Assembly (NCBI GenBank): GCA_951406725.2
Contig: OX597834.1
Span: forward strand, 26,474,001-26,538,000
Direction of reading: 5' to 3'
Length of the DNA: 64,000 nt
DNA from: Octopus vulgaris
Taxonomy: Eukaryota
Shown: positions 54,343 through 64,000 of the stretch, piece after piece
How positions within the stretch are numbered: position 1 is the first letter of the stretch
Layout: every line of letters starts with the position of its first letter
The notes under the pieces: model-generated
Seen by the model: only the letters and a program-made list of their open reading frames with translations
Databases searched by the model: none
What the model was told of the DNA's origin: nothing
Made by a program: the position numbers and the translations under genes

Positions 54343-54700
54343 ATAATTTACAAGATAAGGGCAGAAGAAAAATTCTAATGCCAGATACGCCGAAACAAAA
54401 AAATTGTCGATAACCATTAAATTTATGCGTCTCGAAATAAACCGATAGAAATTTCTAAAAAATTCGTTAATACCGTATTGGTCCAATTTCGGGGTTAATT
54501 AACAAGAAATTTTCCCTCTTCAGTGGCACATACGCGAGATATAAATGAAGTCCCGAGCAGACTTAAGTACCCCAAATATATCCAAATAGAAAAATCTTCG
54601 AAATTTATTTCGAGACGCATATTTAATAGTTATCGACAATTTTTTTGTTTCGGCGTATCTGGCATTAGAATTTTTCTTCTGCCCTTATCTTGTAAATTAT
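54343..54700. mobile_element. Inverted-repeat element (about 98-bp arms) enclosing a hammerhead motif, Penelope-like
   Basis: Arms 54343-54441 and 54604-54700, near (TA)n tracts. Confidence 0.6.
54470..54529 (-). ncRNA. Type I hammerhead ribozyme motif inside an inverted-repeat (Penelope-like) element
   Basis: Minus strand gtgcca-CTGAAGA-ggg...ccc-GAAA-ttgg a ccaa-TA-cggtat. Helix III ATTGG-A-CCAAT. One mismatch at the base of helix I. Confidence 0.5.
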
Positions 54701-55373
54701 ATGTATATATATATATATATGCAGGATGTGGTGGATACATTCTCACCATTTTATACTTTTAATTTTGCATCTGCACATTGTTTGTTTTTGATTTTGATTA
54801 CACCACCACCACCACCACCACCATGCCAAGTAATCAAAGTTCAAACAAACTGTGCCCAAATGTCTCATTCTGTGTCCTGTCATGGTTGACCAAGGGTTAA
54901 ACAACAACAACAGGTGCAGCAGCTTATATATCTTCTATTTCATTTGTTTCGGTCATTAGACTGTGGCCACGCTGGAGCACCATCTTGAAGAGTTTTTAGT
55001 TGAATGAATCAACGCTAGTACTTACCATGGTTTTCCTTTTAAGCTTGATACTTATTCCATCGGACCATCGGACCATTTTGCCAACTTGCTAAGTTACAGG
55101 GACGTAAATGCACCAACACCGGTTGTCAAACAGTGGTGGGGACAAAAACAGGTACAAAGACACATGGGTGAAACTATGTAGACATTCCAGACTCCGACTG
55201 AAGAAGAATGATCCATGTGTCTTGTTTTGTTCTGTTTGTCATTGTCATGCTATCATCCTTTTTTCCGCATGTGTTATTTTCTGTTCTACCTTTTATTTTA
55301 TATCTATCTATCTATCTATCTATCCATCTATCTATCTATCTATATATATATCCATCTATCTATATATATATCC

Positions 55374-55419
<46 letters not shown>

Positions 55420-55516
55420 ATATATCCATCTATCTATCTATCTATCTATCTAGCTAGCTATCTATCTATCTAGCTATCTATCTATCTATTTATCTATCTA
55501 TTGATTTATCTACCTA

Positions 55517-55562
<46 letters not shown>

Positions 55563-55599
55563 CACACACATACATACATACATATATATATATATGTGG

Positions 55600-56525
55600 G
55601 GGGGGGTAGGATTTATGACAGACGAACTGTAGACTGGAACTTTGCTGTGAGCTAGCTAGGGATTCAGGAGAGCGGGCTTCGAGAGGGACAAGTAACTGCT
55701 CTTCTTCCTTCCCAGGCTTCTCACTTGTAGACGACTTCGACAGAGGTTGAGGTGCGACCTTTTCTTTTGGTCCCTTTGCACTGGGTGGAGGGCATTCTGT
55801 CTTAATGTGACCTTTTTCCTCCCATTTAAAGCACCTGGGCGTCCTGACCTCCACCATGACTCTCAACTTGATGTCCCTATCAACCGTGATGGTCTCCACT
55901 ATGCTTTCTAGATGTTCCGGAGCGGCCTGGATCACCATTTCCAGACCCTGCCCTAGCCAATTTCTTGTCAGCAATCTTTTTGCCTGGAGGAACACAATCT
56001 GGTTCTCCATACCAAGTAGGATGGCGGCTACCAGCCAGGCAACATCCACATCAGGAGGGATCTCATCTACCCTTACCTGAGAAGCTCGTCTTCCCAGGTA
56101 AATGGGTAGAAGGACCACCTCTTCCGTCTTGAGGGGAGTAACGGCATGCTGCCTTGCCACAGCCTCGGACGCAAACCGCACCGCCATTGTTGTGAACTTT
56201 CTCCCTCTAGCTAGGTAATCTACCTCCTTCCAGATGGGCTGCAGAGCCCTTTCCACTTCAGCTCTCGTAGTCACCTCTATCCGATGCAGCCCTACGTTGT
56301 ATGTTCTATATAACAATGTTCTCTTGGCTGTCCTTTCGGTAGTTTCCCTGGGTGTGTGGGGGTGGATACCTTGACATTGTTCCCCTCCCTTTTCATTATT
56401 TCTTGGAATCTTTCATTTCCCTCCAAACACACATTTTCAGACTGCTCACTTTACTGCCTCTGCGAAACCCCTCCTTTTCGTCTCGACATCTCACCAGCTC
56501 CTCCTCAGATGAAGACAGGTCTGAG
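55600..56525 (-). mobile_element. L1/Tx1-like LINE 5' end with gag-like ORF1
   Basis: ORF 55540-56316 has an ORF1-like region and a decayed zinc knuckle RCFKWEEKGHIKTECP (CX2CX4HX4C, second C to W). It is truncated at a (TA)n tract. Confidence 0.65.
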
Positions 56526-57036
56526 TAGTTAGTTCTCTCCATTTTAATAGCGTTTCCCCACTTTAAACAGGGGCAACTAAGTTAACAAAACTGCCGTAAG
56601 GCAGCAAAAACAAGTGTCTTAAGACACAACAAATGCAACTTTGACTAACTTTTCGTACAAACAAAATTCATGATCAACTCGGCCAGAAATGATTGTAAAA
56701 ACGGTGAAAAAAACATATCAGTGTTAATTTATTGATACATTTGGGCAAATCTGTCTGTATTATCAGACAATTGCAAAAAAAAAAAATGTTCAAAAGAATT
56801 CAGAACTCTGCAAAAATCTGGTACAAATTCTTCTTGGTTCAAAACGTTGCTTACTTTTTACTCAACCTAATATATATATATATAACTCCACTAGAATGGA
56901 CGAAAGCGCTAATATATGATATATGATGTATAAAAACATGTAATATACAAATAAATATCTGTAAATATAAAACCATCCGAATTTCTGAGTACCTCATTTC
57001 TTCTAATATAAAATATCTGTACATCATCTCCAAACC

Positions 57037-57097
<61 letters not shown>

Positions 57098-57627
57098 GAC
57101 AGACTTCTGTATAGTTTCTGTCTACCAAATCCACTCACAAGGTTTTGGTAGGCATGAAGCTGTAGTAGAACACTTGCCTGAGGTACAACGCTGTGGTACC
57201 GAACCTGGAAGCATGTGGTTAGGAAACAAGGTCCAGTCCTGTGTTAATTATTTTATCAAACCCATAGATGTATAGAAAGACAATGTGGTCTCCGTTCAGG
57301 ATGCGAACTCGGAATGTAATGGGACATCAACTCTAATAGCAGCAAGACTCTTTACCATTTCTACCCGCACCACCACTTCCGTCACCGCCACCGCCACCAC
57401 CCAGCACCTGAATCCATCTTACAGTGAAAGAGAAGTTGTAATATAGCTGAAATGGTGCTTCCTCTTCTTATTCTACAGGAATGGCTGGCATTCTGCTAGT
57501 GGCTAAGCGAAAGAAACTGCTTCCATCAGTTAAATCTTAGCAATATAACAGACATCTCTTTATCTGCCAACAGTTTGTCTATCAGTCTGCCTCTGCCTCT
57601 GTCTGTCTGTCTATCTGTCTCTCTCCT

Positions 57628-57666
<39 letters not shown>

Positions 57667-58014
57667 GTGGAAATGAATGGTACTCGTATAAACGTATAAA
57701 CGTATGTATATGCTAGAGTTGTGTCTAAGGTGTCCATGAATGTGGATCTCATTTTGTACACATAAAATGATATAAAATTTAGCGCATATATCTTTATATA
57801 TACATATATATATATATATAGTCGTGTGTGGTCGTTGTTTTCTTTCTTCTTCCCTCTCTCTATTTAAAATCAGGTTATTTTTACATACATACTTATATAC
57901 ACTCGCACGGGCACGCAAACACACACACCACACACACACACACACATACACACACGCACGGATCGTCTTGTTTGCAAACTGCATTTGGTGAGAGAGAGAG
58001 AGAGAGAGAGAGGC

Positions 58015-58067
<53 letters not shown>

Positions 58068-59129
58068 AATAGAGAGAGAGAGAGAGAAAGAGAGAGAGAG
58101 CATGAGACAAGCAGGGCAGGGGTAAAAACGAAATGTGTTCTCATTTAAAACAAGACGTTCCCCAAATATCGGTCAGTGTTTAGGAAAAATATCACAAGCA
58201 GCAGTCCATTTTATTATTTCCATTACACTTCAACATCTTTGAATCTTAAGAACGTTTGGCATTACTGGAGAAATACGTGTTATAAGCTAGTTCGGATAAT
58301 GGTAGGGGATCGCCATAATGATATATCATATTACATGTTGAAAGATTCCAAAACATGATGCTGCTATTTAGAAATTCTTCGCTGAAGGTTCTATCAGTTC
58401 CTAGCTCAACTTTTCTTGGAGACGAGAGAAAAATGGTTAAACGAAGAAAATTTTTTTCGTTACAGGTGTTAAATATGTTCAGCGGAGTAGTGTTAAAATT
58501 CGGTTATAATGCCATGACTGGCGATTTATGGCTCCGGAGAGAGAGAGAGAGAATGAGCTAAGTGAAAGTAGCAGCCAGTAAGGTGAAGCGTATTCGGGAT
58601 CTCATTGTGAAGACGTCATCTCTTTCGACTTCCTAAACTGCTGAAATTCGCAGCGCGAAGTGAGATAGTAATGTATGGATGCACAAAAACGCAACAATCT
58701 GTTATTTCAAAACGATACGTGCAAACGTGCACGCCTGCACACATACACACATACATGTATGTATGCAAGCATACATATATGCATGCACACATATATGCAT
58801 GCATGCATGTATGCTTATACACAATAGATACATGCATGCACAGATACATGCATACATCTATGCATGCTTACGTGCACATTAATATGTACATGCATGCACG
58901 CATACTTGCATAAAACATGTCAATGCATGCATATGTATATATGTCTATGCATGTTTGCATGCCTATATACATGCATGCATACATATATACCAATGTGCAT
59001 TCATGCATGCACACATGCAGGCATATTTGCATATACATATGTATGTGCATGCATTAGTACATATGCATAATTATTCATATGTATATATCAATAGATACAT
59101 GCATACAAATATATGCATGCATGCATAAC

Positions 59130-59165
<36 letters not shown>

Positions 59166-59529
59166 TGTGCATGCATGCATGCATTTTCTATATATGTTTG
59201 TACATGCATGTATGCATGTCTATATATACATGCTTATATACACGGTTGAAATCAACTTTTGTCCAAGTATGACTAATTCACAGAAAATCGTAAATTTCTT
59301 GGATGTTACCATGGAAACCTACTAAGGGAGGACAACTACCAGCCAAGGAACGGCTGGCCAGTTCCAGAATTAGCTAAGCTTTATTTAGACTATCTTTTCT
59401 AGATCCTTCCTAATTAACAGGTGAGCAGTGCTATACCTGGTAAGAATTATTCAATCACAAGAGATGCTGCCAAATCTCTCTGTTACTATAGTTTTGAAAA
59501 GAGATGACCAATAGCCATTTAGCTGCCTA

Positions 59530-60590
59530 TGTACAGGTTTGTGATTCCATGCTTCCAGTTGGTCAAGCCAGTGCATTCCACTACTCCTATTGCTTGCTTT
59601 TGCTTGAAGGGTTGGGGGTCATCCCAGATCAGTGGTTCCAGAGACATCATCATGCATAGAACCAACCAGGTCCACCAGTGCTCCCCATCACTTGCAGGCC
59701 TGCACCAGCCCCTCTGCATCCTCCAAGGTGATGTCGAGCCCCTGCAGATCTCCCCCAGTCACATCTGGCCATCTGGTGTGGGGCCTGCCATGAGACCTCA
59801 TCTAGCCTGCGGCTGCTGTATCATATGGAAGTAAACCCAGAGAATCATTGAGGACATCAGATGGTACCACTATGTTTCCCCAGCCACATCTGGCCATCTG
59901 GTGTGGGGCCTGCCATGAGACCTCTTCTAGCCTGCGGCTGCTGTATCATATGGAAGTAAAACCCTGAGAATCATTGAGGACATCAGATGGTACCACTATG
60001 TTTCCCCCAGCCACATCTGGCCATCTGGTGTGGGGCCTGCCATGAGACCTCTTCTAGCCTGCGGCTGCTGTATCATATGGAAGTAAAACCCTGAGAATCA
60101 TTGAGGACATCAGATGGTACCACTATGTTTCCCCCAGCCACATCTGGCCATCTGGTGTGGGGCCTGCCATGAGACCTCTTCTAGCCTGCGGCTGCTGCTG
60201 TATCACATGGAAGTAAAACCCTGAGAATCATTGAGGACATCAGATGGTACCACTATGTTTCCCCCAGCCACATCTGGCCATCTGGTGTGGGGCCTGCCAT
60301 GAGACCTCTTCTAGCCTGCGGCTGCTGCTGTATCATATGGAAGTAAAACCCTGAGAATCATTGAGGACATCAGATGGTACCACTATGTTTCCCCCAGCCA
60401 CATCTGGCCATCTGGTGTGGGGCCTGCCATGAGACCTCTTCTAGCCTGCGGCTGCTGCTGTATCATATGGAAGTAAAACCTTGAGAATCATTGAGGACAT
60501 CAGATGGTACCACTATGTTTCTAACAAAGAACTGCATGCACACATGCACCAACCCATAGCCTCCCACCTTATAGCTATCTGTTGCATGCA
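59530..60590 (-). mobile_element. RTE-like LINE 3' remnant with internal tandem amplification
   Basis: Minus strand KRSHGRPHTRWPDVTGGDLQGL, resembling the RTE R.RGRP..RW.D....DL C-terminus. Confidence 0.55.
59762..60521. repeat. Tandem repeat, 6 units of 125-130 bp
   Basis: Unit starts (catctggccatctgg) at 59762, 59887, 60014, 60141, 60271, 60401. Confidence 0.95.
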
Positions 60591-60934
60591 CTAGTACAGA
60601 CATATCCTTCTCCCATTGCTGCAGGGCTTTTTTGAGGTAATGTGTTTTTCCTGGAAGTTCCTCTGCATAGAATTTATTCTAGCGAGAGAAGCACACACAA
60701 AATTGTACTTACTCTTCGGATAGAACAGCCTTTCACAGCATTGGACAGAACTACCAGAAGCAGAATGATCTTCAGGTTTTACACAAAAATGTAGCAATGA
60801 AATTTGCTTTAGCGGGGAGTGAACCCAGGTCCAAAATATTTCACAAACAAGGTTGATTTTTTTTTTTTTTCAATCTTAATATCAAAACAAACACAAATAT
60901 ATTGCTGCTGCTTCCACTGCTGCTGCTGCCGCTG

Positions 60935-61010
<76 letters not shown>

Positions 61011-61081
61011 CACTACTACTACTGCAGCCTCAGGCTGACCAGAGCCTTGTGAGTGGATTTAGATGCAGAGAAGCCTGTTGT

Positions 61082-61121
<40 letters not shown>

Positions 61122-61435
61122 CTATGTATGTGTGTCTTTCTGCCTGTGTTTGTCCCCAGTGTTGGTGTGTTTACAACTCCATAACTTAGTGGTTTGGCAA
61201 AAGTGACCAATAGAATAAGTAACGGGCTTAAAAAAAAAAGTACTTGGATTGATTCATTCGACTAAAAATTTTTTCAAGGTGGTGCCCCAGCATGGCCATA
61301 TTCTGATGATTGAAACAAGTAAAAGCTAAAAGCTAAAGGCTAAAAGACAGGTCACCGTGCGGTTTTACAGTTAATGACTTTCCAACTGATACAGTACTGC
61401 TTGCTTAGGTGCTATGATTATTCACAAACTGGGAA

Positions 61436-61436
61436 G

Positions 61437-61469
<33 letters not shown>

Positions 61470-62520
61470 GTTTAGCGTCCGTTTTCCATGCTAGCATGGG
61501 TTGGACGGTTCAACTGGGGTCTGGGAAGCCAGAAGGCTGCGCCAGGCTCCAGTCTGATCTGGCAGTGTTTCTACAGCTGGATGCCCTTCAGACATATTTT
61601 GTATTTCATATCCTGTTATATTTTAATGTCTAATTTGTTTATCTGCAAAATTGCCTCAACTTGATCCCTCTTATGTATCATCATCATCATCAACATCATC
61701 ATCATTTAACATCCGTTTTCCATGCTAGCATGGGTTGGACGGTTCAACTGGGGTCTGGGAAGCCAGAAGGCTGCGCCAGGCCCAGTCTGATCTGGCAGTG
61801 TTTCTACAGCTGGATGCCCTTCAGACATATTTTGTATTTCATATCCTGTTATATTTTAATGTCTAATTTGTTTATCTGCAAAATTGCCTCAACTTGATCC
61901 CTCTTATGTATCATCATCATCATCAACATCATCATCATTTAACATCCGTTTTCCATGCTAGCATGGGTTGGACGGTTCAACTGGGGTCTGGGAAGCCAGA
62001 AGGCTGCGCCAGGCCCAGTCTGATCTGGCAGTGTTTCTACAGCTGGATGCCCTTCAGACATATTTTGTATTTCATATCCTGTTATATTTTAATGTCTAAT
62101 TTGTTTATCTGCAAAATTGCCTCAACTTGATCCCTCTTATGTATCATCATCATCATCAACATCATCATCATTTAACATCCGTTTTCCATGCTAGCATGGG
62201 TTGGACGGTTCAACTGGGGTCTGGGAAGCCGGAAGGCTGCGCCAGGCCCAGTCTGATCTGGCAGTGTTTCTACAGCTGGATGCCCTTCAGACATATTTTG
62301 TATTTCATATCCTGTTATATTTTAATGTCTAATTTGTTTATCTGCAAAATTGCCTCAACTTGATCCCTCTTATGTATCATCATCATCATCAACATCATCA
62401 TCATTTAACATCCGTTTTCCATGCTAGCATGGGTTGGACGGTTCAACTGGGGTCTGGGAAGCCAGAAGGCTGCGCCAGGCTCCAGTCTGATCTGGCAGTG
62501 TTTCTACGGCTGGGTGCCCT
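61436..62520. repeat. Tandem repeat of 233 bp (SINE tail plus unique flank), about 4.5 copies
   Basis: Identical ORFs at 61661, 61894, 62127 and the same start at 62360. Confidence 0.95.
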
Positions 62521-63508
62521 TCCTAACACCAACCACTCCGTGAGTGTAGTGGGTGCTTTTTACGTGCCACACCTGCACAGGTGCCAGGCGAGGCTGGCAA
62601 ACGGCCACGATCGGTTGGTGCTTTTTACGTGCCACTGGCACGGAGGCCAGGCGAGGCTGGCAAACGGCCACGATCGGATGGTGCTTTTTACGTGCCACCA
62701 GCACGGGGGCCAGGCGAGGCTGGCAATGGCCACAAGGCTGGCAATGGCCCACAAGGCTGGCAATGGCCACAAGGCTGGCGTGTGTATATATTATGTGAGT
62801 GTGCATCCTCTTGATTTCCTGTAATTCAGACCACCTCATGGTCCCAGAAACATCCAAGAACAATGACACTCACTTGTTTCCAAGTAAGGTAATATTTACC
62901 CAGGGTCAGACATGTATTCGCAGAAGATTGGAAATGAAGGACACCATTTGTGGTGACACCTGCTTACATCTATTATGCAATGCAAGGGCAAGGAGACACT
63001 AATATGCACACACACACACGCACACACACCCACACACAAACAACCAGAGTCACACACACACACACGCACGCACAGACTCACAGACACACACAGTCACACA
63101 CACACACACACTCACACTCACAGACACACACAAACACACACACACAGAGTCACACATACATGTAACACATTCACACACACTCACAGACACACACACATAA
63201 CACACACACACACACACATACACGAACACACATATACACACAAACACATGCACACAAACATGCACACACACAAACATATGCACACACACAAACACATGCG
63301 CACACACACACACACACACACACGATGGGCTTCTTTCAGTTTCCATCTCCTAGATCCACTTTCAAGTGTTTGGTAGGCCTGAGGCTATAGTCGAAGACCC
63401 TTGCCCAAGGTGTCATGCAGTGAGACTGAAATTGGAACCATGAAGTTGGGAAGCCAGCTTCTTACCACACAGCTACGCCTGCAAGCAGTGAAAATAGCAG
63501 CAACAACA

Positions 63509-63912
63509 GTGGAGGCGCAATGGCCCAGTGGTTAGGGCAGCGGACTCGCGGTCAGAGGATCGCGGTTTCGATTCCCAGATTGGGCGTTGTGTGTGTTTAT
63601 TGAGCGAAAACACCTAAAGCTCCACGAGGCTCTGGCAGGGGATGGTGGCAACCCCTGTTGTACTCTTTCGCCCCCAACTTTCTCTCACTCTTTCTTCCTG
63701 TTTCTTGTCTCCGACTTCCTACGCAACCGCTGAGCCTGGATGCACATTCATCCGGGAGCCAGGTGAGGCTGTCGGGGGGGGGGGGGGTTGACCTGCTTTC
63801 TCTTCTGCGGGTCTTACGAATAGCAAAGGACCACATATCGGACTTCTCCCACCTCTGGGAACGAAGCTCTGGGAACGAAGACCGATTCGCTCAACAAACA
63901 AACAAACAAACA
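63509..63912 (+). mobile_element. SINE family D with (AAAC)n tail
   Basis: Same tRNA head and body as 52027-52411, different 3' tail. Confidence 0.8.
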
Positions 63913-64000
63913 AGTAGCAACAACAAGAACAACAGCTTCAATGGCAATAACAACAAGAACAACAATAATGATAGCTGTAGCAACAACAACCACCAGAACA

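Noticed and set aside
59762-62520. CRISPR-like or retrozyme-like reading of the tandem arrays
   Set aside because: Whole units are repeated with no unique spacers, there are no cas genes, the context is eukaryotic, and no hammerhead boxes were found in the units.
58150-62890. Possible plus-strand promoter (58150-58700) and small exons near 59403 and 62830-62883
   Set aside because: Splice-like signals exist, but there is no recognisable product or consistent phase chain.
63509-63585. tRNA gene (also SINE heads at 19083, 19650, 52340)
   Set aside because: A/B boxes are present, but each continues into a SINE body and lacks a proper acceptor stem.

Overview
Repeat-rich eukaryotic genomic DNA. 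The SINE families and dense di/tri/tetranucleotide microsatellites point to an octopus (coleoid cephalopod) genome; this is inferred, not database-checked. Almost all ORFs in the supplied track are microsatellite or SINE artefacts. The one well-supported host gene is the 3' part of a + strand trypsin-fold (S1) gene with four phase-compatible exons (5471-5596, 10491-10621, 12395-12553, 17472-17519). Its catalytic GDSGGP motif has become EPMGSP, so it looks like a non-catalytic serine protease homolog. The rest is a layered transposon landscape: tRNA-derived SINEs, CR1, RTE, R4/Dong-like and L1/Tx1-like LINE fragments, mariner/Tc1 remnants, TTAA-specific piggyBac-type MITEs, non-autonomous Helitrons and Penelope-like remnants. 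The most notable hidden signal is four different minimal type I hammerhead-ribozyme motifs with palindromic (dimer-dependent) helix III, one carrying a compensatory U3:A8 core. Other points of interest are long intronic inverted repeats, a palindromic NRF1/ETS-like island, a SINE insertion that captured nearby genomic DNA, and weak exon candidates for a second, minus-strand gene.
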